A stretch of 64,000 nt of DNA from contig NC_042998.1 of the NCBI RefSeq assembly GCF_006345805.1, positions 178,498,001-178,562,000 of the forward strand, written 5' to 3'. Position numbers and translations under genes: made by a program. The DNA comes from Octopus sinensis. Its lineage: Eukaryota. The notes under the pieces are model-generated. The model ran no database searches and was not told the DNA's origin. It worked only from the letters and a program-made list of their open reading frames with translations. Positions 11,017 to 25,859 of this stretch are shown here, in pieces; the stretch's first letter is position 1, and each line of letters opens with the position of its first letter.

Positions 11017-12861
11017 CAACATAAAATATAATAATGTTACACCTGCATTTACTATTTTTTTTACATTAGCATTCTTTCACATTTACATATCAGATCTTCA
11101 ATATGTTAATCACTCTGATGAATGGGTCTAGCAGTCATTTTCACTGAAGCCAAATAATGGAGTAGATAAGATAATGTAATATGAGATCATGGGTCAAAAG
11201 TTCAAAGCCATTGTAAACATGTTGCTGTATCTATGGGATAGCCATTAATTTTACATTCCTTACCTTACTTAACAACTGAAAGTTGGTAACAGCACTTCTG
11301 AGAGTGTTACCTATGATAGACCTGTTTGCTATTCTTGTAGTGATTCCTCTATTGTTAGCTTAATGCACAGAAACCATAGTTAAACATTAGCTTTATGAGC
11401 TAAGTTCCCTGCTGCTGCTCATAGCAAATTCTTGTCTTCTTTATTCTTCAGTCATTTATATTTCAACTAGATTTAGTGAGATTAGAAAAGTAATGTGCCC
11501 AAGGGCACAACCCGACAATTAAGACAAACTTGAAACCATGACCTATGCACAATGGTTTAGATGTTTAAAATCCAAACTAAAAATCACCTAACACCTAAAT
11601 TATTTTTTCCAATTATGCAGGTTCACATCATTACAAATATCTGTCTAATTGCTCTTAGCAACAGTTGTAAAAGAACATAGTTATCTATGAACTTATCAGG
11701 TATAGAGAAGGATGCACAAAAAAAAAAGAAAGAATTAAATGGAATTATAACAATAATAATGATAAAATTAAAAGCAAAACATTTATAATTCAAATTGTGG
11801 TATGGTTTATGCACATTTAACCTGATATTTCTTGAAACATAACTATTTCAACAAACTGTTTCTATTATAATAAATATCCCATGCCAGTACTGAACTTGAA
11901 TGTTAGATGATGATGAGGATGATGATCAATACCCATCCATTCAATTGTGTTACTTGAGAAATAATCCAATGTGGTCCATAAAACTCAGCAATCTCCACAA
12001 AACTGTCAATGCTCAACTCAGTTCTTATAATTCAACAAGTCAGTTACTATCTTTAGTATAGAACTGAAAACTAATGGAAGTATATATTATAGAGATTAAC
12101 AACTGAAATTAATTGAAAGAAATGTTACACTTAAGAGACCTCCACACAGTTGCTTGTCCAGCAAAATTAGCAGCTAAACACCCCCTGTAATATCACCCTA
12201 TTATCTTAAATGTGAAAGTTACATTGTATAGTTTTGGATGAACTGTACTTGAAGCAAAATGGCATACTCAAAGCTAAAATATCTGTGATCACAGGTCAAT
12301 TCCAAAAAATCAGGGCTGATCTGCATTATTATTTTTATTATTTGGAGCACTAGAAGTTTGTTATCAGTTGTCTTGGAATGGAGAAGATGAAAGTGAACAT
12401 GTTAAAAATATTCATATGACAATGAACAGCACTTTGACTAACTTGCATATTAAATTCTTCATCATAACTATCTAAATTACAACTATCAAACAGATCTGTC
12501 ATAAATTTAAGAACAACAAAAAAGTAAATATCAGCATAAACTGGAATAAAATATCTCGCATCATGACCATGGTTTTAAGTTTGTAAATCCCCAATGGATG
12601 ATCTTATTAGGGTAGATGGATTTTTTTTCCTTGATCAACAAGAAGCGGTTCAAACAAGAAACTGACAAGTAGAACAGAAACTGATACTTAGAGATATCTT
12701 CAAGCTGAAATATATACTAACAGAGTGTATAATTCCTCAGAGAAACAGCAATCATTTATGTTTCTAATAATTATATTTCCATGTGGTGCAATCTAAGATG
12801 TTTTCATAATGCAAAGTCTCATAGGTAGTGCTGCATCAAGAACTAGTTAATTGCAACGAAA

Positions 12862-12909
12862 AAGTCACTCACTCACTCACTCACTCTCACTCACTCACTC
12901 GCTCGCTCG

Positions 12910-12964
<55 letters not shown>

Positions 12965-12986
12965 ACACACACACACACACACATAT
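12862..12986. repeat. Compound (ACTC)n-(GCTC)n-(CA)n microsatellite
   Basis: Directly visible. Confidence 0.9.
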
Positions 12987-13120
12987 AGTAAAACTGTAGA
13001 ATCCAAGAAACTAGAGATGTTTTGAATCAGCAAATAAAAGCTCATGCAAATAATTCAAATACTGGATTAAATCTTAAAATTTATTCCATTTCAAATTATT
13101 CACTATTATTATTATTATCA

Positions 13121-13153
<33 letters not shown>

Positions 13154-13280
13154 GGTACAATTTTGACAGCACCAATCTCACATAACCACTTCAGCCAAAT
13201 ACAGAAAAGTTCTCACAAGCTATAAATAATAACCCTCACCTTGGCGTGCAATAGTATTAATAATAATAATAATAATAATA

Positions 13281-14400
13281 ATTTCTTTATTTACCAATAA
13301 GGCTGACAGAAAGAGGACATTTCAAGGACAAATTAACACGATAATGGGTGGGTTACAGAGAATCGAGTATAAGAAAACTGATATAAATAACAACAGCACA
13401 AAAGTAAAGGAAATGAAATGTCTCAATAGAGACACCTGCTTGGAATGAAACAAGAGAACCCTACAGACCCAGGATTACCCTTACTGACAAAGGCAATTGC
13501 CCTCTCCCAACTGTATTCTTCAACCTACAAGTGCATGCTGATAGTAAGCCAATTTACTGCTTCCACAGGTTAATCTTCAGAATGTGAAATGCTGTTGGCA
13601 TATATAAGTGCTTCCCTTACAATAGACTATATGTGGACTTTGATTGCTAGATTTACTTGTCATGAGTCACATGTTTATTTTGCCATAATCCCCACCTTTC
13701 AGTAAATTTACTAGAAAGCAGTGCCTTCCTCTCTGCCCTCAACTTCTCCAAGTTGATGAGTGATTGACCTGCAGAGAAACATGTCTATCCTCAATCTTTT
13801 CTATGCCATCCATCATACAATCTCTTAAGCCATAGACAACATACTGCTTGCTCTTATCAACGAAAGAAGGAATGCAGGGCAATCCCCAAGAAAGATTCAG
13901 TTAATAGTTGAAACGGTTCTTTATGCAACTGCAAGTTTCCAACATAACTCCACAAACCAGCAGTACTTACTTAGACACTGAATGAGTACATGCAAGATGG
14001 TTTCATACCTCTGCATCCCTCTCAAACAGACTTAGACAATAACACTTCCGTGCTTGTAGTGAATATCCTGAATCAACAACATTCCTCAGCTACATTGCCA
14101 GGTTAGGAATTTCTAGAAATTGTCTGAACTGAAAGTCATTTGGAATAGATTTTGCAATCAATCTTCATAGACACTTAGAGACCCTCTGACATTAGTAGAA
14201 TATTTATTTCACTATATAACACTGAAGTTTTTCAGTAAATAAAGTATTCAACCACCTGATCAGGACAAAAGTTTTGTTGTGTGCCTTGGAAGAACACTTA
14301 CTTCTACATGTATCAGTTCCATCCAGCACCCATTCTGGAGGAAGTAGAATATTATTTATATTTTCTGAGAATATTCAGAATAATAGATCAACAAGCTATC
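13281..14400 (-). mobile_element. Tx1/L1-clade LINE 3' remnant with (ATT)n tail
   Basis: ETILHVLIQC zinc-knuckle motif near 13975-14010, terminal ..SKFTERW, and AATAAA plus (ATT)n at the 3' end. Confidence 0.65.
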
Positions 14401-15569
14401 CAAGAGTTGATTTTCCTTTCATTTGTGTAACTCAGTTGTATCTTGAGCTTTAAGAAAAGACCTATGGCTTCTGAGAGGATTCACTAATCAACTCCAGAGG
14501 GATGAAAGAGTCATACTCTTTGCTCATTTAAACTTTTTTTAAAAAGTTTTAATACAGTAAACCACACAAAATAATGTAAAAACATTGGTCCAACTCTCCA
14601 TAAGCTACCTACACTTAGTGAGCTGTTTTGAGAAAACAAAAGTAATATGAATAATTATACTAGCTACACACTAAGTTATAAAATCTGACAGTTGAGAGAG
14701 ATGAAATGTTGGTTATGAATTTGTGTCTGTTTTAGAACAGATGAATATTTCTATGATATGTGTTGGGATTTAATATCTGAAATTTTTTGGTAAATAGATA
14801 TACTTTGGCAATGTCTGCAATGTTGGTATATAGAAGCACCATACTAAATAATTTAAAAACACTGGTCTAATTCTCTCTATAAACTATGCCTTGATTTAAA
14901 AAGCTATTAGAGAAAACAAAAAATAATACAGTAGATAGCAGCTGTTATATAATAAATGACATAACACAAACTTTTGAAGCAACAGGACTTTAAAACTTCC
15001 AGTTGTCTACATACCAATCTCCAAGAGATTCTCCTTAATAACCTTATCTCTGTTGAAAGCCTCATAAAAACGTACAATGACATGGAGGAGTTCCAAAAAT
15101 GGTAAGCTAGATAAAGATTAACAGACATTTTTTGCCAAGAATGTGATACAAGTAAAAAACCCAAAACTTAGTTTTCATATAGAGCAGTAATAATGCAAAA
15201 ATGTTGCCAATATTACATAGAAATATGTTGCCAATATTTTATCTATATTGCTATAGTATTTGTAAGAAAGTGCACTAATTACATCCAACCACACTTGAAA
15301 TAGTTTTTCAAAGGTGAGGAAATTTCTCAGTAGAAACATTACTTTCTATAAAAAAACGTTAATTCCATTACATAAGCATAAGGTCACAAATTTGTGTCAG
15401 TGGCTTAACGAATAAGAACATTATTATCTTTAGTTTAAAAATGAAGAATCCTAGTTCAGACCCAGTTTGGTACCATGTACACATCTACGAACGACACTTG
15501 ATAACAACTGGAGATCAAACCAATCAAAATATAGCGAAGATGTAAATATCAAAAAGTATTTCAACTTAC

Positions 15570-15636
15570 CTGGCATTTCATCAAAAGAAATGGGAAATTA
15601 CTAAAAGCATGAATGTCACACAAAGATACCATATAC
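15570..15636 (-). other. Candidate 67-nt internal exon (one open frame: YMVSLCDIHAFSNFPFLLMKCQ)
   Basis: Acceptor gtttcacttctcacttatag; donor TGCCAG|gtaagt, fully complementary to the U1 5' end; coding status unknown. Confidence 0.45.
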
Positions 15637-16109
15637 CTATAAGTGAGAAGTGAAACACTTTGCAAAAAAATCATCTTCCTAAATCTGACAGGATTTGAGC
15701 TCAGTAAATAAAGTAAGTTATCTAATCACCAAGGTCATTCTGTAGAATTTTGGTCCAATTCTGCCAATCTACAGCCAACCTTATTACATATTTGCCTCTC
15801 TGGGAAATTATTTCAACAGTGCTTATCTAATTAGCATAACCCAGATAGCTTGTATTAGACATGCACTATTTCCATGAATAAATTATTTGAAAATATCTTT
15901 CAATAAGGACAAGACAAACTTCAATAACAAGAAAACACAATACTATGTCTTAGTAGATGCTAGGTCTTATGATTGTACATAATCACTTACATTGATTACA
16001 TATCTATCTAGTATAACAAAGACTGCATCACAAACACTTAGTCTCTTCTCACTTAGCCTACACTTCATGTCCAGAAATTAATTTTACTGAACACCAGCAA
16101 ACAAACAAT

Positions 16110-16440
16110 CACGAGTGTTCCCTACATCAGAGTACTGCTCACGTAACTGGAACAGAGCAGCTGCTACACATACAAACATTCTAAAATACATTCATCATAA
16201 TAACAACCTGACTGATAAGAAAACCTTCTTTCACTATCTTTTCTATCATTACCACAATGGTTTCTCAAGCTTGAAAGTGTCTAGCAAGCCATGTCATACC
16301 CAATTCACTTGTTTCTCCCCCACTTGTCATCTCTGTATGGTCCCATGCCCCAAACTAGGTAAATGTTCTCACAAAAAATTTATCCCTAAAACTGATATCC
16401 TTGGCATCAAAGGCATCCAATTCTGTCAATCTACTGCCGA
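16110..16440 (+). mobile_element. CR1/L2-like LINE C-terminal remnant
   Basis: TSEYCSRNWNRAAATHTNIL resembles the xEYCSxVW post-RT motif. Confidence 0.45.
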
Positions 16441-16959
16441 TAATAAAATATACTAACAGGAAAATTTACAATTAGAATGAGTTAATAGCTTTTCAAAAAT
16501 TGAATAACAAAAACGAAATTGAGATCAAAGATCCTCTATACATTGCTCATGTCTTTATAAGACAGAGTGCCACAACTCATCCTTCTTTTGCTTCCAAAAA
16601 TCTCAAATTTCTGGTGCCAATATTAGTTCAAACTGATGGTGGTGGTGGTGGTGGTGGTGGTGGTAGTGGTAGTAGTAGTAGTTGTCGTCGTCATCATTGT
16701 CATTGTCATCATCATTTAATGCCCACTTTTTCATACCTGCATGGGTCAGACAAAATTGATGAAGCAGATTTTCTATGACACCTTTCCTGTAACCAACCCT
16801 CACCTATTTCCAAGCAAGGTAATATTTTCCTACAACTTGATAAGCTTTTCACAGAAAACAAGAAACGAACAACCTTGCTTGTATGACAATGACACACATT
16901 TACAGCCATCACGTCTAGACAAAAGTACACACACACACACACACACACACATACACACA

Positions 16960-17115
16960 CAAGAGTCTTCTTTCAGTTTCCACCTACCAAATCCACTCAC
17001 AAGTCTTTGTAGGCTGAGGGATATAATAGAAGACACTTGCCCAAGGTACCATGCAGTGGGACTGAACGCAGAATCACGTGGTTGGAAAGCAAGTTTCTTA
17101 ACCACACAGCTATGT
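16960..17115 (-). mobile_element. SINE 5' portion (GGCTGTGTGGT family)
   Basis: Matches the reverse complement of 29179-29330. Confidence 0.8.
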
Positions 17116-18905
17116 CTATGACAAGTTCTATTCAGAGACAAAAATGGGGCCGTAACAGACCAAGTTTATAGCAAGTTGGTCAGCCTACAACCAGAATGGT
17201 CAGCAGTTGGTATCTTATAAACCTTTTTGTGGCCATAGTGAACAATATTTTTCACTGGATTGTTCTCATAAGCAGTTAACAGATGCTAAATGTGCAATCC
17301 TCACCACCAACATTATCACCACAGGTTAACAGTGAGAGCAGTTTTATAATTGCCAAGAATTTCAAGCTTTTGTGAACATTCTTGCATTGCCAAGATCCAA
17401 TGCTTCCAGCAGTGTAACTTGGGGAACCACATTTCTAATCTCGGTAATGGTGATGATTCATTTCATCATCAACATCATGTAGCATCTATTCTCCATGCTG
17501 GCATGGAATAGGGATATTATCTCTCTCAGGAAAACTCAACCAGTTAACTTTCTTTACAACAACTGTGTAAGATAAATAAGTACAGGAGCAGACATAGTTG
17601 TGTAATTAAGAAGTTAACTTTGCAAGCAAGTGATCTGAGGTTTGATCTCACTGCAAGTACATCAGGCAAGCGTCATCTACTGTTGTCTTGCATTGGTCAA
17701 TAATTTGGCAGACGGAAATTCTGTGTGCGTGCATAGGTGTGCATACATATGCATATACATGTGTGTGCATATGCATGTATGTGAGTATGTGCATGTACCT
17801 GTGTATGTGTGCATAGCATAAATCAGTGCTTCCAGTTATAACCCCCTTATATTAAAAAGGTAAATATCATCTTTTTATTAAACAGGGATCAATAAAATAA
17901 GTACCAGACTGAAATAAAGGACTGGGGGTTTAGTTGATTATATAATCAAAACAGGTTTTAGTTAATTATATAATTAACTAAAACCCTTGAAAATACTACC
18001 ACAGCATAGATACAGTCAAATGACCACAAGAGAATTGATAAGACGAAGTGGAAAAAAAATTGAAAACAAATAAAGAGCAAATAATTTTTTTTTAATGATT
18101 TTCTTCTGAAGGACTCAGCAAATCTGACAAAACTGAAAAGCTTCAACATTTCTTGAATGTCTGCTTAATCAAGCTATAGCATGGATTTACAATTGATATG
18201 AATAACTGAACAATAAAACCAAATAAATCCTAATCTCTTATTGCTTTCAAAGTACTAAATGTAGAGAGACTAGTAATCATAATAGTATGCCAACAAACTG
18301 GAAATCAGAAAAGATAATAATAAAAAAAAAATTTTTTTTAAAGCAGTCTGCATTGTTGCCATACTGCGAGCCAATCTCTACGCTGACAATAGTAAGCAAC
18401 CAGTTAGTTACCAAGGTAACAAACCTGCAACAGCTGATGATAAAGTGGTAACTTGCTTTGGCTTGAAAGGAAACAATCAATGCATGATCTCATCAAAAAA
18501 AAAACTTAGGTGGGAGGGGAAAAAGAGATATGTAAGTCATTTTCATACACAGATGAATAAAAGAGAAGGCAAAAGCATATTTTTGTGTGTGCATGTGTAA
18601 ATGTATGCAGGGAGATCACACGGGGATAGCATTAAGGACAAGCTTGGTCTGGTTAAAAATGGGACTAGCATAGGGTGAAACAGAAAATTTCCCAAATGTA
18701 TGGAGAGGATTAAATAAACTGATAAGTAAATGTCAATACCGACACAAATAGCATATGAAAGAGAGCAAAAAATGTACTTTCTCTTGGTTCATCTTCATAT
18801 CTGACTTGCAAGTCCTGCATACATATTTAGTTTTAAGATATAAATATCTATTCTTCACACAACGTTACATAAATCTTTGAAAATATATTAATAATAATAA
18901 TAATA

Positions 18906-18939
<34 letters not shown>

Positions 18940-19444
18940 TCTTTCAAGTTTTGACACAGGGCCAGCAATATTCAGGAAAGGAGAAGTCGATTACATCAAC
19001 CCCAGTGACTAATTAGTACTTATTTTATTGATACTGAAAGGCAAAGTCACCCTTGACAACATTTCATCTGGTACGATAACAATTCATCTAGGCTCACTGC
19101 CTTAACAAGAACATCAACAACAGCAGCAGCAACAAATACTATTACTACTACTACTACTACTACTAATAATAATAATAATAATGATAATAATAATAATAAT
19201 AATAATGATAATAATAATGGTTTCAAACTTTGCCACAAGGGCAGCCATTTAGGGGGAGGGGTTGAGTCAATTACATTGACCCCAGCGTTCAAATGGTACT
19301 TATTTTATCGAGCCCGAAAGGATGAAAGGTAAAGTAAACCTCGGTGGAATTTGAACTGAGAACGTAGCAATGAGTGAAATACTGCTAAGCATTTCATCCA
19401 GCGCACTAACGATTCTACCAGCTCGCTGCCTTAATAATAATAAT

Positions 19445-19489
<45 letters not shown>

Positions 19490-19967
19490 TTGTAATCTAA
19501 GCACAACACAATTTTTGCTCTAATTGCTCTAGCCAGCAGATTATAAAGTGATCTAACTAAATACTATTTAGAGGCATTTTCTTGATCAAACTATTAATTC
19601 TATCAATCTATCTACTTCCCTAATGATAACAATAAATTATCATGCAAATTGTTAAGATGCAAATGATCGTAGTTTTTATCAGTATTCAACTATCATCATT
19701 AGCTGGGAAGTACTACAATGTATAGGAGTTTATCCAAGATTCCAAAGAGCTCAACAAGTAATTGTGGAGATTTTCCTAATATGCAGGAATAGGCGAGTCA
19801 CATTCCTGCATGTCATAGAAAGTAACTAAGAGTTGGCAACAGGAAGAATATCAGGTTATAAAGCACTACCAAGAAGTAAAAAAAAAGGGAACTGGGACGA
19901 GTACAATTAGATTGTCATGTGCACACAAGGGTAACTCGTGTTCTTTAACAGGGAAAATAACCTTTAA

Positions 19968-20188
19968 CCCTTTAGTATTTAAACCGGCCATATCCAGCCC
20001 AAACATTCTACCTGTTTTTATGTTCAAACTGACCAAATCCAGCATCCCACACCTACTTTACAATGTCATTCTAAAAATTAGCCATCACATTATCGAAATC
20101 TTGAATCTATGAGATAATGCATGATAAATTCAAAACAATGTGAATAAATAAGTATTACATTTAACAGAGTAATCTGGACACTAAAGGG
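19968..20188. mobile_element. piggyBac-type MITE
   Basis: TTAA|CCCTTTAGT...ACTAAAGGG|TTAA: TIRs with TTAA target duplication. Confidence 0.9.
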
Positions 20189-20585
20189 TTAAAACATTTG
20201 TTGTCGTAGTTGATATGTAACCAGATCTTATCCATTGGGAGATTTCAACTCAACATTGTACAGAAAATAATTCTATAACACCACTGCTACTAACAACACT
20301 GATCATTTATCCTGACTCAAGCCTCAAAAGCGAAGATTAATAATAGCAATAATAATTCTTTCAGATTTGCCACTAGGCCAGCAGAATTAGGAGGAGGGGC
20401 AGTCAATTATATCAATACCAGTACTTGACTGTTATTTTATTTTATCAACCCAGAAAGGACGAAAAGCTAAATTGACCTCAAGCAGATTTGAAATCAGAAC
20501 GTAAAAACTGGAAGAAATGCTGCTAAGTATTTCGCCCAATGCACTAACAATTCTTCCAGCTCCCTTCTTCTTCTTCTTCTTCTTC

Positions 20586-20649
<64 letters not shown>

Positions 20650-20871
20650 GCAGTTTTGGGGGATGGGGTAAATCGATTACATTGACCCCAGTGTTTAACT
20701 GGTACTTATTTTATCAACTCTGAGAGAATGAAAGGCAAAGTTGACCTCAGTGGAATTTGAATGCAGAATGTAAAGACGGATAAAATGCCATTAAACATTT
20801 TTTATTCCCTGTGGTTAATAAAAGAAACAATAAAAGAAACAACAATGACGATGACAACGACAACAATAATA

Positions 20872-21185
20872 ATAAATGCCCTGATGCAGTACCAGGCAGC
20901 GGCTCTCGTGGCTTCTGATCTTAACTGATTGGAAGTGTTATCATGTACATTGTTTTGTCTTGGTATAAAAAGATGGGCTACAACAAATATTCTGCTCAAT
21001 ACCACAGAATTGCTTGTCAGATGTTTGGCCATAACAAGTGGGGCATGTCCCTTAGTGGCTGACAACAATATGTGCATCTCTGATCACATGTACCCTTATC
21101 AGATGTGTAGTCATGATGGGTATATTGGGCTTCATATATATTACCCCAGTGTCACTTTGATGGCATGCATTGCTCTCTCACTCAA
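20872..21185 (+). mobile_element. Probable LINE 3' end with (AAT)n tail, family not assigned
   Basis: Higher-GC 310-bp block bounded by AAT repeats; no intact ORF. Confidence 0.4.
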
Positions 21186-23815
21186 TAATAATAATAATAA
21201 TAATAATAATCTTTTCTACTATAGCCACAAGGATTGGATTTTGTGGGGAGGGAGTCAGTTGATCACATCAACCCCAGTACTCAACTGGTACTTAATTTAT
21301 TGACCCCATAAGGATGAAAAGCAAAGTCAACCTCGGCAGAATTTGAACTCAGGACATAGCAATAGACAAAATACCACTAAGCATTTCACCCAGTATGCTA
21401 ATGATTCTGCCAGCTCACTGCCTTAATAATAATAATAATAATAATAATCCTTTCTACTATAGAAAGGCCTGAAATTTTGGGGGAGGTGGCTAACCAATTA
21501 CATGGATACCAGTGCTCAACTGGTACTTATTTCATTGACCCCAAAAGGATGAAAGGCAAAGTCAACGTCAACCTTTCATCCTGTGTTTTAACAGAAGAAC
21601 AGGAAGATATACACCATTCAAAAGTTGAATAAATTTTTTTCTCCAAAGAAGGGCTTTACCTGAAAAGTTAGAGCTCACATTTCCCTGTATCAAATAATCT
21701 TAATCAAATATGTGAACTTCACTACTTTATCAATTGATATTTACTGATGCACAAGCTTCATTAGATTCCTCAGACCCTGGTTTTAATTTGCTCCAACAGC
21801 CAATTGGATGACAACCTTGCAGACTTTGTCTACTGAGATTCTCTAGTTAGTAGCTAACGTCATACATCAGATTATTAGAATAGTAATTATTTTAATATCT
21901 AGAGTAAACTATTAATTAAAGGATTTCCTTTTGATTAGTAAATATAAAACAAGACAAACACACTAACATTAAGAAAAAAGAAAAAGATTAATTCAATTGT
22001 ACTTAGTACACTTAGTAGTAGTAGTAAAGTGGAAGAGTAACTTGATGCTAGTACATCATACTTAGGGAATGCATATAATTAACTAAAAGCTTGATAATTT
22101 AAATACGTAGAATTGAATTCCAATCTGGCTGTGATAGATAATAATATCAGTAAATGGTGCAGCAGTTATAAGTCTTTCCTCAACTGCAACTCTGGTCTCT
22201 AATGAAAATGAAAGAATATATTTCAGATAAAATTTTTAATTTATCGAAACTGTATGTATTAAATATACTTGTCATAGCATTCATAAAATAATAAATAATT
22301 TTATGACCCAGAATGGAATTGCATCTCCCACTGGTAGAAAACAAATGCTGTTGAATGTACAGCATAAGAGATGAAACTATCAGACCATTTCTTGAACTTA
22401 TTAGACTTACAAATCAAATTACAAAGAACATTTGATCAAGTATTCCTACCAAGTCAATGTCCTTTCAACTGAAGTTGACAACATCTGACAATAATAACAC
22501 CATCGCAACAGCATCAGCAACAACAAAAATACAATTAAGCCAATGAGAGAGAGAACGGTTGCTCAAATTGATAAGCACAGCTGCTAATGTCACAAGTATC
22601 ACACTCTACTGTGTTAAAAAAAAAAGGAGAGTATATTGAATGGTAGTCCTATGCCAAGTAAAGAAAAGATATGATAGTCATGGCTGGAATGACTCTATGC
22701 AGAGAACAGTTTGATCAGGGATGATCCAGGACTAATCAACAACACTTTCCCTCGGGAGCTGTTCTGTTAGATTGGTTTGTAAGTTTCAGACACAGTATGA
22801 AAACTATAAAGGTTGCCACATGAAAATTACAATATGTTGAAAACACACATATACAGCCACCACAAAAAAAAAAAAAATAATTAATAAACAATGACCAAGT
22901 CAATTGAAAACCCCATTTTGTTGATTTATGGCAACAATTAATTCATCTATCCTAATATACAACTTAATGTGAGCTGATTGCTAAAATACTGGAAATTTAA
23001 TAGAGTATCAGAAACATTGGAAGGCAACATTTCTCAAGAGGATTTCTCTGTAATCAATTAAGAAAATGAAACCGCAATATTCTAGCTATTTTGACGCAGG
23101 TCAATAAAACAGCCACTATGAAAAGCTAAATATAAAAACTGCCTTTTAGTATCAATTAAAAACTATATATATATTAAAAAAGCAATATTCAATTAAAGAA
23201 AATTACATGGTACATACCCCTGAGATTGAATAAAAGTACAGTTTTTAACGACCACAACACAGTGCTGTCTGTTACCTCCAGTTGAAAAATGAATCTACCT
23301 TTAGTGGATATCGCAAGCAGAGGAGAACATACACGTAACAATTAACATCATGGAACTTGTTCAGGTTCATTAATTCAATATCCAGTTAACAGTCCACGCA
23401 AACTATTGTACAACAGAAACTCAATGCAGTCACGTTTTCAGAGGTTTTTATTGTTTTGTTTTTTTGGCAATGAAAAACAAACTAATATTAATAAAACAAC
23501 TGAGATTTTTGGACTATTCATACACTATTACATTAGCATTACATAGGTAGCTGTTCATAACAGGAGATCAATACTACTGGCTTGGCTAGGGAAAAAATTA
23601 AGTAAAGAGGTAAAATAGAGCAAAAAGGAGTCTACAATATTAGTTTTAAATTATCAAATATTGCAGAATTTCTTACTGTCTAAAGACCCCTAAATTAATT
23701 TTATCAATAAGTAACCACAAAGCACAAAAAGTATACAACTACAGAATTGAAATATATATATATGTATACATATATATATATATGGAAAACGGACATTAAA
23801 TGATGATGATGATGA

Positions 23816-23865
<50 letters not shown>

Positions 23866-24859
23866 ACTCATAAATGAATCAATATTACATATACAAATAA
23901 GCATAACAATGTCCCTGTCTGTAGGTGTGCACACATGCACTTTAGCTATTTTGATAGGTAAGAATAGACGTTTCTATATTTAGGTGAATTCCACTGAACA
24001 TGGCATCAGACCATGACATGTATGACAATGTTAATATCTATGGAGTATTTTTTGTATATAGATTTCTATGTATGTATTGTATGCATGTGCATGTGTGTAC
24101 ATGTATGTGCAAATGTATATATGTATATGTGTGTGTGTACGTGTGCATGTGTATGTATACACACACAGACTTACACATACATACAAATCATATATATAGA
24201 TATATTTAATAGGCTGGCAGGTTGGCTCAGCTAAACCCACCTGTTATTAAATAATTAAAACACAAACTAAATGCGTTGAGTGCTTTCTTTCATTTAATCA
24301 CGTACTCATATACCAACACTAATGTTGTTTTAACATTTACTTTTCCATGCTTTCATGGGTCAGGCAGAATTTATTGAGCCAGATTTTCAACAGCTGGAGT
24401 CCTCCCTGTCCATAATCCTCGCCTTCTTCCAATGATCACACCTGTTTTTATCAGAGATTGCAAATGACAGATACATTGCTTGTATGAAGTCAACATGAAG
24501 TTAAAACAAGAAGACAATAACACACATACACACGTATACATACATATACATGTATACTTATATGAAGTGAACTTCTTTCAGTTACTTCTACCAAATCTCA
24601 CAAGGCTTTGGTCAACCTGGAGCTATAGTAGAAGACACTTACTCAATGTACCATACAGCAGGACTGAACCCAAGACCATGTGGTGGGAAAGCAAACTGCT
24701 TACCACACAGCCACACCTGCACAGCTCTGTTAGCAGAGCATCAGACTTTCACACACATATACATATCTTCTATCTTTTATCAAATGAATCAACTCCAGTA
24801 CTCATTGTCTTTTTAACTTTAAAGCTTGGTACTTATATCAGCCTCTTAAGCCAAACTAT

Positions 24860-25085
24860 TAAGTTATGGGGACAAGCAGTGGTGGGGAACAAACACAGAC
24901 AAACACACACTTAGACATATATATATACATATACAATGGGCTTCTTTCAGTTTCTATCTACCAAATCCATTCACAAGACTCCGGTAGGCCCAAGGCTATA
25001 GTAGAAGACACTCGCCCAAGGTACCAAGCAATGAGACTGAACCTGGAACCATGTGGTTGGGAAGCAAGCTTCTTATCACACATTG
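24860..25085 (-). mobile_element. SINE (GGCTGTGTGGT family), partial
   Basis: Matches the reverse complement of 29190-29400. Confidence 0.8.
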
Positions 25086-25859
25086 TGTGTATGTATATAT
25101 ATATAATGTAATTTAGTCTTTGGATATTGGTTATGCTGCAGTACTGCTGTCAAAGTGTGTAGTCATAAATATTAAACCAGTCCACAACTTGGTAATTATC
25201 TTACTGATCCCTTGGAAATAAGTGATGGTTGGAAACAGGAAGGACATAATCCATACAAAATCTGCTTCGATGAATTCCATCTGATCTAAGCAAGCATGAA
25301 AAACTGGACAATAAAACAATGATAATGTCAAATTGTTAAGTTAACATTTAACATATAGGGATGTAACTCAATACCTAAACCACAAGTGTTTTTGCTTGAT
25401 GCACTAATTTATACCTATATACACTACTGTGTAGTGCTGTTGTTTGTACAGAAGCAACATACAATCTACCTTTCACTTTGAGAGAGAAGGCTTTTGTTAC
25501 CAAGAGAGATATGTAGGGTTTTACTGAAACAAACTGAGGCTTTATCAATTTCAATAAAAAGAAAACCATATACTCTACATTATGTATTGAGCACTCTTTT
25601 CTCATTCATTTGGCATAAAGCAACATACATAAACTGTGTGTTTGTGTGTGTGTGTATATTTATATGCATAGACAGGCATAGGCATGACTGTGTAAATGAG
25701 AAGTTTACTCATTAACCACATGGTTTCATGTTCGGTCACATTGTGCAAATGTCTTTTACTAAAGCACCAGGCCAAGAAAAGTTTTGTGAACAGACATGGA
25801 ACACAGAAACTGACAAAAGACCAATATGCGTGTGTGGGAGTTGGGTGTCTTTACATCAG

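Larger units (their letters stand above)
18940..21570 (-). mobile_element. Cluster of six same-orientation GGCGGCGAGCTGG-family SINE copies embedded in (AAT)n tracts
   Basis: Copies at ~18940-19103, 19218-19432, 20358-20564, 20652-20800, 21210-21424 and 21448-21570, each similar to the reverse complement of 1230-1390. Confidence 0.8.

Noticed and set aside
15564-15576. ACTTACCTGGCA matching the U1 snRNA 5' end
   Set aside because: Similarity stops after 12 nt; it is the complement of a strong splice donor, not an snRNA gene.
21655-21680. Possible recursive splice site ttttcag|GTAAAG (minus)
   Set aside because: Short pyrimidine tract and imperfect donor; expected by chance.
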